Below are positions 48,727-60,997 of a stretch of 64,000 nt of DNA, piece after piece. The stretch's first letter is position 1; each line of letters starts with the position of its first letter. The notes beneath the pieces are model-generated. The model saw only the letters and a list, made by a program, of their open reading frames with translations, was not told the DNA's origin and searched no databases. Made by a program: the position numbers and the translations under genes. The stretch covers positions 88,786,001 to 88,850,000 of the forward strand of contig NC_086097.1 of assembly GCF_963921235.1 (NCBI RefSeq). The letters are read 5' to 3'. The stretch comes from Mobula hypostoma. Lineage: Eukaryota.

Positions 48727-51700
48727 ATAACCATATAACAATTACAGCATGGAAATAGGCTATGTCAGCCCTTCTAGTCCATGCTGAACTCTTACTCTCA
48801 CCTAGTCCCACCAACCTGCACTCAGCTCATAACTCTCCATTCCTTTCCTGTCCATATAGCTGTCCAATTTTACTTTAAATGTCAACATCGAAACTGCCTC
48901 AACCACTTCTGTTGGAAGCTCTTTCCACACAGTTACCACTCTCTGAGTGAAGTATTTCCCTTCATGTTACCCCTAAACTTTTGCCATTTAACTCTCAACT
49001 CATGTCCTCTTGTTTGAATCTCCCCCACTCTCAATGGAAAAAAGCCTATCCACATCAACTCTATCTATCCCCCTCACAATTTTAAATACCTCTATCAAGT
49101 CCCCCCTCAACCTTCTACGCTCCAAAGAATAAAGACCCAACTTGTTCAACCTTTCTCTGTAACTTAGGAGATGAAACCCAGGTAACATTTTATTAAATCT
49201 CCTCTATACTCACTCAATTTTATTGACATCCTTCCTATAATTCGGTGAGCAGAACTGTACACAATACTCCACATTTGGCCTTACCAATGCCTTATACAAA
49301 TTCAACATTACATCCCAACTCCTATACTCAATGCTCTGATTTATAAAGGCCAGCATACCAAAAGCTTTCTTCACCACCATATCCACATGAGATTCCACCT
49401 TCAGGGAACTATGCACCATTACTCCTAGATCCCTCTGTTCTACTGCATTCTTCAATGTCCTACCATTTACCATGTATGTCCTATTTTGATTAGTCCTACC
49501 AAAATGTAGCACCTCACATTTATCAGCATTAAACTCCATCTGCCATCTTTCAGCCCACTTTTCTAACCAGCCTAAATCTCTCTGCAAGCTTTGAAAACCT
49601 ACTTCATTATCCACAACGTCACCTATCTTAGTATCATCTGCATACTTACTCATCCAATTTACCACCCCATCATACAGATCATTAATATATATGACAAACA
49701 ACATTGGACACAGTACAGATCCCTGAGGCACACCACTAGACACCAGCCTCCAAACTGACAAACAGTTATTCACCACTACTCTCAGGCAACTCCCATCCAG
49801 CCACTGTTGAATCCATTTTACTACTTCAATATTAATACCTAACGATTGAACCTTTCTAACTAACCTTCCATGTGGAACCTTGTCAAAGGCCTTACTGAAG
49901 TCCATATAGACAACATCCACCGCTTTACCCTCGTCAACTTTCCTAGTAACCTCTTCAAAAAATTCAATAAGATTTGTCAAACGTGACCTTCCTTGCACAA
50001 ATCCATGTTGACTGTTCCTAATCAGACTCTGTCTATCCAGATAATTATATATACCATCTCTAAGAATGCTTTCCATCAATTTACCCACCACTGATGTCAA
50101 ACTCACAGGCCGATAATTGCTTGGTTTACTCTTAAAACTCTTTTTAAACAATGGAACAACGTGAGCAATACGCCAATCCTCCGGCATCAACCCGTTTCTA
50201 ATAACATTTGAAATATTTCTGTCAGAGCCCCTGCTATTTCCACACTAACTTCCCTCAAGGTCCTAGGGAATATGCTGTCAGGACCCGGAGACTTATCCAC
50301 TTTTATATTCCTTAAAAGCCCCAGTAATTCCTCTTCTATAATCATCATAGTTTCCATAACTACCCTACTTGTTTCCCTTACCTTACACAGTTCAATATCC
50401 TTCTCCTTAGTGAATACCGAAGAGAAGAAATTGTTCAAAATCTCCCCCATCTCTTTTGGCTCCGCACATGGCCATCCACTCTGGTTCTCCAGGAACCAAT
50501 TTTATCCCTCACTATCCTTTTGCTATTAATATAACTGTAGAAACTCTTTGGATTTATTTTCGCCTTACTTGCCAAAGCAACCTCATATCTTCTTTTAGCT
50601 TTTCTAATTTCTTTCTTAAGATTCTTTTTACATTCTTTATATTCCTCGAGCACCTCATTTACTCCATGCTGCCTATATTTATTGTAGATATCTCTCTTTT
50701 TCTGAACCAAGTTTCCAATATCCCTTGAAAACCATGGCTCTCTCAAACTTTTATCCTTTCCTTTCAACCTAACAGGAACGTAAAGATTCAGTACCATCAA
50801 AATTTCACCTTTAAATGACCTCCATTTCTCTATTACATCCTTCTCATAAAACAAATGTCCCAATTCACTCCACCTAAAACCTTTCGCTTCTCCTCAAAGT
50901 TAGCATTTCTCCAATCAAAAATCTCAACCCTGGTTCCAGTCCTATCCTTCTCCATAATTATACTGAAACTAATGGCCTTGTGATCACTGGACCCGAAGTG
51001 CTCCCCAACACATACCTCCATCACCTGACCTAATTCATTCCTTAACAGGAGATCCAACACTGCCCCTTCTCTAGTTGGTACCTCTATGTATTGCTGCAAA
51101 AACCTATCTTGCACACATTTTACAAACTCCAAACCATCCAGCCCTTTTACAGAATGGGTTTCGCAGTCTATGTGTGGAAAATTAATATCTCCCACAATCA
51201 CAACCCTGTGCTTACTACAAATATCTGCTATCGCCTTACAAATTTGCTCCTCTAATTCTCACTCCCTATTAGGTGGTCTATAATACACCCCTATTAGCGT
51301 TACTACACCTTTCCCATTCCTCAATTCCACCCAAATAGCCTCACTAGATGAGTCCTCTAATCTATCCTACCAAAGCACCGCTGTAATATTTTCTCTGGCA
51401 AGCAATGCAACACCTCCCCTTCTTGCCCCTCCGATTCTATCACACCTGAAGCAACGAAATCCAGGAATATTTAGTTGCCAATTACACCCCTCCTGCAACC
51501 ATGTTTCACTAATAGCTACATCATATTACCAGGTATCAATCCATGCTCTAAGCTCATCCACCTTTCTTACAATGCTCCTAACATTAAAATAGATGCATTT
51601 AAGAAACTCTCCACCTCCCAATCTCCGATTATCCTTAATTGAGCAAACAACTTTGTTATCTTTTTCTTCCTTCTCCCCTACATCTTTGGTCTGAGTGCTC

Positions 51701-53220
51701 CTGATCTCTGTCCCCTGCCTATCCTCCCTCACACACTGTCTACCTGCTTTCTCTACTTGTGAACTAACTTCCTCTCTCCTAGTCTCTTCAATTTGATTCC
51801 CACCCCCCAACCATTCTAGTTTAAAGTCTCCCCAGTAGCCTTCGCAAATCTCCCCGCCAGGATATTGGTCCCCCTAGGATTCAAGTGCAACCTGTCCCCT
51901 TTTATACAGGTCACACTTGTACCAAATGAGGTCCCAATGATCCAGAAACTTGAATCCCTGCCCCCTGCTCCAATCACTCAGCCACGCACTTATCCTCCAC
52001 CTCATTCCATTCCTACTCTCACTGTCGCGTAGCACAGGCAGTAATCCCAAGATTACTACCTTTGCGGTCCTTCTTCTCAACTCCCGTCCTAACTCCCTAT
52101 ATTCTCCTTTCAGGACCTCTTCCCTTTTCCTACCTACGTCATTGGTACCTAAATGTACCACGACCTCTGGCTCCTCACCCTCCCACTTCAGGATATCTTG
52201 GACGTGATCAGAAATATCCCAGACCCTGGCACCAGGGAGGCAAACTACCATCCGGGTCTCCTGACTGCGTCCACAGAATCACCTATCTGACCCCCTTACT
52301 ATCGAGTCCCCTATTACAACTGCCCTCCTCTTCCTTTCCCTACCCTTCTGAGCTACAGGGCTGGACTCTGTGCTGGTGGCACGGCCACTGTTGCTTCCTC
52401 CAAGTAAGCTGTCCCCCCCAACAGTACTCAAACAGGAGTTCTTATTGTCAAGGGGCACAGCCACTGGGGTACTCTCTAGTATCTGACACTTCCCCTTTCC
52501 CCCCGCTAACCGTGACCCACTTGTCTGCCTCCCGTGGCTGCGGTGTGACCACCTGCCTGTAACTCCTCTCTATCAACTCCTCACTCTCCCTGACCAGACA
52601 AAGGTCATCGAGCTGCAGCTCCAGTTCCCTAACATGGACCCTTAGGAGCTGCAGCTTGGCGCAGCTGATGCAGATGTGGACGTCTGGGAGGCTAGGAGAT
52701 TCTAGGACCTCCCACATCCGACACCGAGAACAGCAAGCTGCCCGCACACTCATACTTCCCCCTTTCCTCAAATTACAGGGGAAATTGAAAACCAAACCTA
52801 CTTTGCCTCGCCCGTTTCCACCAAAGCCCATTGAGTCAAAGCCCTTACGCCTTCACTCTGCTCCCGGCTCACTCCGCAGCCTGCAAAATGACGCTGCCTG
52901 CTGTATATGGCTGTGTTCCTTTTAAATCTTCCGTGCTTCACTGCCCGATGTCACACGCCTGCGCAGTCCCACTTCTCTTAACTCCACTGAGATAAAGAAA
53001 AATCAAAATGGCTTCCGCTGCACTCCCACTCCGATTCTCAGACTTCCTTCTCTGAAGTAAACCCGAATCAGGATTTCTGACCTTTTAAATCTTCCGCACT
53101 TCACTGCCTGACGTCACATGCCTGCGCAGTCCCACCTCTGTCAACTCCGATGAGAAAAAGAAAAAATCAAAATGGCTTCCGCCGCACTCCCGCTCCGATT
53201 CTCAGACTTCCTTCTCCGAA
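48727..53220 (-). mobile_element. Near full-length CR1 LINE: ORF1 (Zn finger/leucine zipper and SGNH esterase) and ORF2 (APE, RT)
   Basis: ORF1: CSRCRMWEV...CISC...LELQL, VVIGDSIVRG, CLPGARV, HLGTNDV. ORF2: YFNVRSI, GDINFP, PGPDSIFPR, DFSKAFDKVPH, KYADDTK. (ggttatat)-type tail; frameshifts throughout. Confidence 0.92.
52918..53220 (-). promoter_or_regulatory. Duplicated 5'-UTR promoter unit of the CR1
   Basis: Copies at 52918-53056 and 53081-53220. Each has YY1-like CAAAATGGC, TGCGCA, a CRE (perfect TGACGTCA at 53109-53116), GGAAG and TTTAAAA. Function is inferred from motifs only. Confidence 0.55.
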
Positions 53221-53363
53221 TGATGATTAATGCTAAGCTGATGTTGATGGACTATCTATAAGTAATGAGAAATTGCTTGTCTGTCTTAACAATTGAAAAT
53301 TATATCACCCTGTCAGAAATCTTTGTTCAGAACCCCAGAGAGGAACTAAAGCGAAGTGTTCTA

Positions 53364-53950
53364 CGAGGGGTGATTGATAAGGTTGTGGCCTAATGTAGAA
53401 GGAGTCAATTTTAGAAAACCTAGCACATTTATTTTTCCTACATTTGCACACTTAGTCCAGCGGTTATGGAGTATACGGGTCCCATCTTTGTAGAAGTCAG
53501 CGTCTTGGACCTCCAGAAGTGGTCCACAGCAGGGGTAGGTAGAAGGAGATCAGTTATTAACTTCAAACTTACTGCATTTTCACTCAAAGTGTTGAAATGC
53601 ACATGCATGTAACGGGAACTGTATAACTCATCTCCTTCTACCTTTAGCCACGAACTTATCAATCAGCCCTGCTGTGGACCACCTGGAGGTCCAAGACGCT
53701 CTCGTTACATGCACGTGCAGTTCAACTCTTTGAGTGATAATGCAGAAAATTTGAAGTTAATAACTCATCTCCTTCTACCTTAGGCCACAAACTTATCAAG
53801 CACCCCTGCTGTGGACCACTTCTGTATGCTCCACGACTGCTGGACTAAGTGTGTACATGTAGGAGGGAACTACGTTGAAAAATAAATGTGCTAGGTTTTC
53901 TAAAATTGACTCCTTCTACCTTAGGCCACAAACTTATCAATCACCCCTTG
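53364..53950. mobile_element. Mariner-family MITE with rearranged interior
   Basis: TA TSD at 53362-53363 and 53951-53952; ~73-bp TIRs cgaggggtgattgataag... / ...cttatcaatcaccccttg. Confidence 0.88.
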
Positions 53951-54372
53951 TACAAAGGCCTGCCATAATTATCTTAACTTGTAAGTTTATATTCTAACCT
54001 GTGGGTAATATAACACAGACCAGCCCAGCCATTCTTCAATGACCTCAATGAAATCTACTCATCTTTGAGAGGATGATTACACAATAAATCCACAGGGCAG
54101 AAACCTCCAGAATATTACTAAATGCTTCCATGCACAAGTTCCTAATTAAGATTATAATTACTCTGACTGTAATAATTTACTTAAATATAAAATAATAAGG
54201 CTAGGTGTTTTAGAACAGCATTATTTTATCATTATAAATAATTAGGGTATTAAGTGAAATTGAGCTCTGATAGCAATTCTAGGTGTATTTAAAATTCCTT
54301 GATAGAGAAGCATGCATTTTAGGTTTCTGCTATGTATTTAGGATGAGCTGCCAGAAATGGTTGTTGAGGTAG

Positions 54373-54622
54373 GCACACAATAGTATAGTGCTTAGCACAG
54401 TGCTTTACAGTACCAGTTCAATTCCTGCTGCTGCCTGTAAGGAGTTTGTACGTTCTCCCCGTGACCGCGTGGGTTTCCTCCCAGAGTCCACAGACATACC
54501 GGTTGGTAGGTTAATTGGTCAATGTAAATTGTCCCATGATTAGGCTAGCATTAAATTGGGTGACTGTTTGGTGGCGAGGCTCGAAGGGCCAGAAGGGCCT
54601 ATTCCACGCTGTATCTCACTAA
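54373..54622 (+). mobile_element. V-domain SINE within a CR1 3' fragment
   Basis: B box gttcaattcc; ggagtttgtacgttctccccgtgaccgcgtgggtttcc. Confidence 0.72.
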
Positions 54623-54822
54623 GTAATACTTAAAAATCATCAAGATAAGTACATGGATAGGAGAGGTTTAGAGGGCTATATGTCAAAACACAGGCAAGCT
54701 GGTTCTAGCTCACTGAGCAACAGAGTTAGCATGGACGAGTGGTGAAGAACCTGTTTCCATGCTGTATAACTATGGCGTGTGACTTATTCTCCTGTGTAAT
54801 GGGGAAATTACTAGTTCAGGTA

Positions 54823-55228
54823 TTGTCGTCATCATGGCTATCCCTCGAGGTCGAGGATGATGGTCTTCGTTCTATTGATCTACTTATGGGCTCTCAAGTG
54901 GCTTATGAGTCCAATCTTGGCTTTGAAAGTTCTTCCGCATTCAGGGCAGGTAGTTCCAGATGGCAGATCGGGCTTTGGTTGTTGCTGCCTCTCTTTCCAT
55001 TTTCTTCTCTTTTCTTCTAATTCTGCACAACTGTTGGCTTCGAAAGTTGCTGTTCCTTCTCAGATGATGGCTTGACAGAGTTTCCTGTCCTTGGCATTGG
55101 TTTCCCAATTGTTGATGTCAATGTTACATTTCTTCATGTTGGCTTTTAAGACGTCTTTGAATCTCTTCTGTTGTCCACCTCTTTTACATTTACCTTCTTT
55201 AAGCTGGGGGGTAGAAGATTTGTTCAGG
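54823..55228 (-). mobile_element. RTE LINE 3' end, copy 2
   Basis: Colinear with 4792-5195. Confidence 0.85.
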
Positions 55229-55230
55229 TA

Positions 55231-55687
55231 TAGTACTATGCAAAAGCTTTAGGCACATATGTAGACATTTATAGCTAAGGTGCCTAAGACTTCTACACAG
55301 TACTGTAGAAGTTTTATGCATTGCACTGCTGCCACAAAAAAAAATATTTCATGACATGCTTGAGTGATGATAAACCTGATTCTGATATTGTGGACTGAGA
55401 ATGGGGAAGGGGGCAGGCATGATTGAGAAAAAGGAGAGGAGGAGGGGAGGGAAAAGGAAGCACCAGAGAGACATTCTGTAATGATCAATAAATCAACCGT
55501 TTGGAATCAAATGAACTTGCCTCGTGTCCCGCACCCCCACCACCTCCCACACCTAGCACCCCTCTGCCACTCATCCACGCCCCTCCAGTGGTGCTCCACC
55601 CTTGTCATTCCCAACATCCTTTGCTCCCGCCAGATATACAAGCTCGCTCTCCGCTCCACGTTGACAAACACAGGCTTTTGTACAGTA
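55231..55687 (+). mobile_element. Composite Tc1-like MITE, copy with truncated right hairpin
   Basis: Left mini-hairpin tactatgcaaaagctttaggcac...gtgcctaagacttctacacagtactg; same cargo as 60407-60943. Confidence 0.72.
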
Positions 55688-56027
55688 AGTGTAGATGTCA
55701 ATTATTGAAAAACCATATTCAAGACAAAACATAATCGTATCCCATATTTTGCAATACATGTTGCTTGAGATATATTAACCTCTGCTGTATCCCTGTAACT
55801 TAGCTGAAACTTCTTATTATATTTATAGAGATTACTGCAAAATATTCCCATAAATTATTTACAAAACATGCACAGCACAATTCAACATTCCCTTTTTAAA
55901 TGGAAGGTCAGACAACTTAACAAAATTATATTAAATCATATCGTAGGTGAAAAAGAAATGGTTTAATATAATGGTTATTTTTTTAAATTGACTTTCTCAA
56001 CCCTTCTATTTAGACAGCTTGGAATAT

Positions 56028-56262
56028 GGGGCAGCACGGTAGCACAGCGGTTAGTGTAATGCTTTTTGGCGTCATCAATTCGATTCAATGCCCACTGGTG
56101 TCTGTAATGAATTTGCATGTTGACTGCATGGATTTCCTCCGGGTGCTCGAGTTTCTTCCCACATTCCATTAATGTATGGGTGAGTAGAGTAATTGGTCAC
56201 ACTGGTGTTCTTAGGCAGCATGGGCTCATTGGGCCTGTTACCCTGCTGTATCTCTAAATTAA
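56028..56262 (+). mobile_element. V-domain SINE
   Basis: Head ggcagcacggtagcacagcggttag; decayed V core. Confidence 0.65.
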
Positions 56263-57944
56263 ATTTAAAAATTCAATTAAGATTGTAAGAAACAGAGGAG
56301 GGAGTAGGCCATTCATCTGCTAATACCTGCTCCACCAATAAATAAGATCATGACTGCTCCTTTCCCCTGCACCATCTTCCTATACTAACCCCATATAATT
56401 TAATAGCCCACAGTCTATTGATCTCTGTTTGATGACTGAGCCTCTGGGTAGAAAATGCTAAAGATTCACCACACTCTGGTTAAAGATATTTATTCCCAGC
56501 TCAGTGCTGAGGGCTATAACTCTCATCTTCTTAATCCACTCCCTCAAAAATTTGACGGTTTCAGTAACTGCACTTGATCTTTTAAACTTGTAGAGAGTGC
56601 AGATACAGTCCACTTAATATATCGGGTCCCATCTCAGGAATTAATTTTCGTTGCATTTCCTCGATCACACCTCCCTTAGATAGGCTGTACACTATATTTT
56701 AGCTGCCATCTTTCCAATTCTCTGTATAATTGCAGTAAGTGGTCATCTCCCTCTTGGTGCCTCCACACTGCATTGTACCTCATTGCCCTCAATCACACCA
56801 TATACCATCTGAGTTTAACATCTGGGGATCTGAGGCAAAAACACAGGCAGCATTTTAAACTACTGGACTGAAACACAGTGAAGCAGATCTTGCTTTACGA
56901 CACATATAGGGATTTGAATTCAGTACATGGTCCTGTTAGGTTTGAAGGGTTAATGCCAGGAGTCCATCCTGAACATTCCACTAACATTGTTTTCATTTTA
57001 CTCTGCAGCAAATCCTTCAAATGCCAATATTTCATGAGAGTACATCAGAGCAAAGATTAGATGCTGCTGCAGAGCGTAACGAAAAATAGCCCAGATAAAA
57101 TAAGGATTAAATGTTTGTTCTACTGAGAACATAAATGGCATAAATTTCCAATCCACTATCAACTGAGCATCCATCCACTTTTCACATCAGATGTTTTGCC
57201 TTATTTCATGTTTGCCTGCAAGACCCTTAACTCCCTTTTTGATTAACTCCGGCAGATTCTTATTTCAACATAGCTTTAAAATGTGAATTTAGCTTTCAGC
57301 TCTTGCTTGTGAACTTGGATGGGATGGTAGTTTCATTCGGATGTTATCAGGTGGAAGGTGCAGTCATACGAGATCTCCCCCCGGCCACCTCATCACAGCC
57401 AAGCCCTTACCCACACATGCTAATGATGGTGCGGAAATTCGTAGGTGCTCCGCCTGCCAGGCTCAGCAGCAACTGAAAATCAAAACAGGCTGGAAATCCG
57501 AAATAAACAGGCAAGTTGGAAACACTCGTTAGGTAACATTAGAGAGAAAAGACATCATTCCAATTATTTTGAAATAAAAACAGAAACATTTCAGGTCCCC
57601 CATGGCCTTTCCATTAAATATTCACTACTGCCTGTCCCTTACGCTCCCCCGCCACCTGCCCCTTATATGGTTCCACTGTCTGTCCATTCAACACACATCT
57701 CTGTCCATTCATTATATGCTCCCCCATTGCCTGTCCTATTTCCCTCTGTAAGCTCTCCTCTGATACCTCTGTAATGACAGCACTCAGATACAGCTCTAAA
57801 TTCCGCTCACAGACTCCCTCACAGAGGTGAGAGTTCAGTCACGTGGCTCCTCGGTCTGGAACAGCTCCGAGTTGCTGTGACCTAACCTCCCACGGCAAAT
57901 CTCTTTACATCAATAGAGGTATGTTTAGATAGGCCAACACTTAC

Positions 57945-58083
57945 AATTGGGATGTTTTTACGTAGCTTGCATTGTGGCGAGACTTTGGACACTCTGGGCG
58001 AACACAATGGAAACCACCATGCATATTAATGCAAACCTCTTCTCCGGTACAGTTATGTCGATTGGTCAAACACTCATTAATAT
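57945..58083 (-). CDS. FBLN7: Fibulin-7(-like) exon, last cbEGF domain (absent from the ORF track)
   Basis: Found by manual translation. Acceptor cttttgcag|ATATTAATGAGTGT and donor CAATT|gtaagt; 139 bp, phase 1-2. Translates DINECLTNRHNCTGEEVCINMHGGFHCVRPECPKSRHNASYVKTSQ(F). Joins the terminal exon in frame as KTSQF-KCERNPC. Confidence 0.93.
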
Positions 58084-58604
58084 CTGCAAAAGCAGTAAAG
58101 TAACACTATAGAATAACACATAGTTGGCACAACTATGGAAAGTACAGAAGCCCAGTATTCAGTAAGTTAGAAAATAATATACAGCCAGCGGTTAAGTTAC
58201 AGTAGGAAGAATAGCTATGAGAAACGACGAGCAGGCACTGGGGAAAGAAAAAAGGAAGGCAGCAGACATGAGGACAGTGGACAGGCGTGGGGAGAATAAC
58301 AAGTAGACAGGAAAAAGTATCCTAGATAGGCAACTGTTAAGAGTAGAATGGATAGGCAGAAGGAACCTTAGTGGACAGGCAAGAGTGTAATGAGAAGGCA
58401 GGTGAAAGAGTATACAGGTGGTGGTGGAAGGTGGGGGGGAAGACGAGCATAAAGAGTCGGCTGTGAAGGGTACAATGGATAGGCAGCAACGGGAGAGTAT
58501 AATGCACAAGTAGTGAATTATAATGGTCAGACAGCAATGAGTTACAGTAACAAGCAGGCAGTGATGAACTTTGTAGGTTGAGTATGAGGATTGGGTGTGC
58601 TCAC

Positions 58605-58742
58605 CTTCACAGCTCCGAGAATCCTCCATTAGGTTGTATCCAGCAGGGCACGCACACCTATAGGAGCCTGGAGTGTTCAGACAGGTATGTGCACAGAGGC
58701 GAGCCAACTTGCCCGTGTGAAACATCTTACATTCATCTACAT
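58605..58742 (-). CDS. FBLN7: Fibulin-7(-like) exon, calcium-binding EGF domain
   Basis: Acceptor tttctttcag|ATGTAGATGAATGT and donor TGTGAAG|gtgagc; 138 bp, phase 1-1. Translates DVDECKMFHTGKLARLCAHTCLNTPGSYRCACPAGYNLMEDSRSCE (cbEGF consensus DxDEC...CxNxxGSYxC). Confidence 0.93.
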
Positions 58743-59005
58743 CTGAAAGAAACAAGAGTGGCTGGTGAACGCTTCAAGAATACAAGCTTCCTCAGTATGG
58801 CAGATTAAAACTGGTGAGAGGTCTTCACTAAATCTTCATGGAATTTCAGGGGGCATTGAACATCAAACATCGACACTGAATGTGAGTACTGGCCTCTGCA
58901 ATGAGTGAAAGCATACAGGTGGGGTGCGGAAGAGAGGGAGGGGAGGGTGGAGATGTGTGGAACGGTGTGTGCTGGGGGGAAGGGCGTGTGAGTGCGGGGA
59001 GGGAC

Positions 59006-59231
59006 GGTTGTGGGAAGAGTGGGGGGGTGGTTGTGGGAAGAGTGGAGGAGGGTTGTGGGAAGAGTGGGGGGTTGGCTGTGGGAAGAGTGGGGGGTTGGCT
59101 GTGGGAAGAGTGGGGGGGTTGTGGGAAGAGTGGGGGTTTGGTTGTGGGAAGAGTGGGGGTGAGTGGTTGTGGGAAGAGTGGGGGTGAGTGGTTGTGGGAA
59201 GAGTGGGGGGGGGTGGTTGTGGGAAGAGTGG
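59006..59231. repeat. G-rich minisatellite, 10 copies of GG(T/C)TGTGGGAAGAGTGG(G)n
   Basis: Direct count; unit ~20-25 bp; lies within the 570-bp FBLN7 intron. Confidence 0.93.
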
Positions 59232-59312
59232 CTGCTTTGTTCTGATTATTTAAGTGCCAGGCTTCCATCAGTGAAATTGGTCTCAGGTCAATCTTCATGG
59301 ATGCTGCATTAC

Positions 59313-59441
59313 CTCGACACTGCCTGAGGTCCATCCCGTTCAGCTGGAAGCCGGTCTCACAGGTGCAATGTTGTGAGCCTTGGATATCTGTGCATCGTGG
59401 CTGGTGACTGAAGGATGGGTCGCTCTGCGCCATTGTCCATT
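59313..59441 (-). CDS. FBLN7: Fibulin-7(-like) internal exon (truncated EGF-like segment); most 5' exon visible in the window
   Basis: Acceptor ttgacag|AATGG and donor CGAG|gtaatg; 129 bp, phase 1-1. Translates xWTMAQSDPSFSHQPRCTDIQGSQHCTCETGFQLNGMDLRQCR, which resembles the FBLN7 segment ...FSRAPRCAQVERAQHCSCEAGF... (recalled, not searched). The polypyrimidine tract is weak, so the 5' edge is less certain. Upstream exons were not found in the window. Confidence 0.82.
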
Positions 59442-59988
59442 CTGTCAACAGTTGCAAGTGGTTTGTGTAAGTGCATTAAATAACCAGGAGGCCAGATGAA
59501 TAACTTACAGCTCACTGGGAAAGCTCCAGTGGGATCACTGTACCTAAAACGATATGCTGAGGGAATTAACAGTACACCACCCGGCCTCTCGAGGCCGTTC
59601 TGTCATTAAGTAGTAGTATTTCCCTATTTCCATGTGATGTTGGAGACAACAACGTACAAGATGACGGCGGGACAGCATTTGGAACATTGCGTTTAGTTTT
59701 GGTCAGGCTGCTGCCGGGAAGAATGCAGAGGAGATTTACGAGAATGTTTCCCGGACTATGTTAGTGTGTTTTTGTTTTAAACTGGAGTAAGGGAATGAGG
59801 GGTGATCTTATAGAGGTGTGTAAAATTATGAGGGGTATAGATAGGATCAATGTGGATAGTCTTATCCCCAGGGTTCCCCCACTCACTCCCAGACACCCCA
59901 GGGAATCACAAACTATGGGGCGTAAGTTAAAGTGAGAAATTGAATAGAAACTGAAGGGCAACCTTCTCACTCAGAGGGTGATCTGTAT

Positions 59989-60335
59989 AGACAACAGACA
60001 AAAGGTGCAGGAGTAGGTCGTTCAGCCCTTCGAGCCAGCACCACCATTCACTGTGATCATGGCTGATCATCCACAATCAGTACCCTTTTCCTGCTTTCTC
60101 CCCATATCCCTTCACTCCGCTATCTTTAAGAGCTCTAACTCACTCTTTTTTGAAAGAATCCAGAGAATTAGCCTCCACAGCCTTCTGAGGCAGAGCATTC
60201 CACAGAACCACAACTCTCTGTGTGAAAAAGTTTTTCCTCAACTCCGTTCTAAATGGTCTACCCCTTATTCTTATACTGTGGCCTCTAGTTCTGGACTCCC
60301 CCCAACATCAGGAACATGTTTCCTGCCTCTAGCGT
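59989..60335 (-). mobile_element. CR1 3' end inserted in an opposite-strand CR1 fragment
   Basis: CR1 3'-UTR and the ARGHSIR...KNFFTQRVV region; the host fragment runs ~59700-59988 and from 60336 onward. Confidence 0.75.
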
Positions 60336-60406
60336 ATATGGAATAAACTGCCAGAAGAGGTTGTGATAAGTACATTAACAACATTCAGAAGGCGCTTTGA
60401 CAGGTA

Positions 60407-60943
60407 AAAACTGTGCAAAACCTTAGGCACATATATATAGCCAGGGTGCCTAAGACTTTTGCACAGTACTGTTACTGTAACAATTTCACATATTGCACCT
60501 TACTGCTGCAAAAAAAAAACAAATTTCATTACAGATATGAGTGATGATAAACCTGATTCTGATATGGGTCTCTGTTGTGGACTGAGAGCGGGAAGGGAGC
60601 AAGGAGAAGGGAATCATGGTTGGGAAAAGGGGAAGGGAGGGGACAGCACCAGAGAGACATTCTGTAATGATCAATAAACAAACTGTTCGGAATCAAATGA
60701 TCTTGCCCGGTGTCTCAGGGCTGTGTGTGTCTGCACCTGCGCCAACCCCTGCCCCTGGCACTCCTTCTCTGCCACCTGTCCCACACCCCTCCCACAGTGC
60801 TCTATGCTTTCCATTCCCAAAATGCTTTGCTCCTGCCAGATTTACAAACATGCTGTCTGTTCCGCATTGGCAAGTACAGTACTGTGCAAACATCTCAGGC
60901 ACTCTAGCTATACACATGTGCCCAAGACTTTTGCACAGTACTG
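60407..60943 (+). mobile_element. Composite Tc1-like MITE: two terminal mini-hairpins around ~400 bp of cargo
   Basis: Hairpins at ~60410-60471 and 60877-60943, each made of TIR, spacer and inverted TIR (cagtactgtgcaaaagtcttaggcac-like); TA at both flanks; interrupts a CR1 (gacaggta|...|cagataggaaagg). Confidence 0.78.
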
Positions 60944-60997
60944 TATACAGATAGGAAAGGTTGAGAGGTACATGGACCAAACACAGGGAAATGTACT

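Noticed and set aside
59006..59231. CRISPR-like repeat array
   Set aside because: There are no unique spacers, only variable G runs; the context is a eukaryotic intron with no cas genes.
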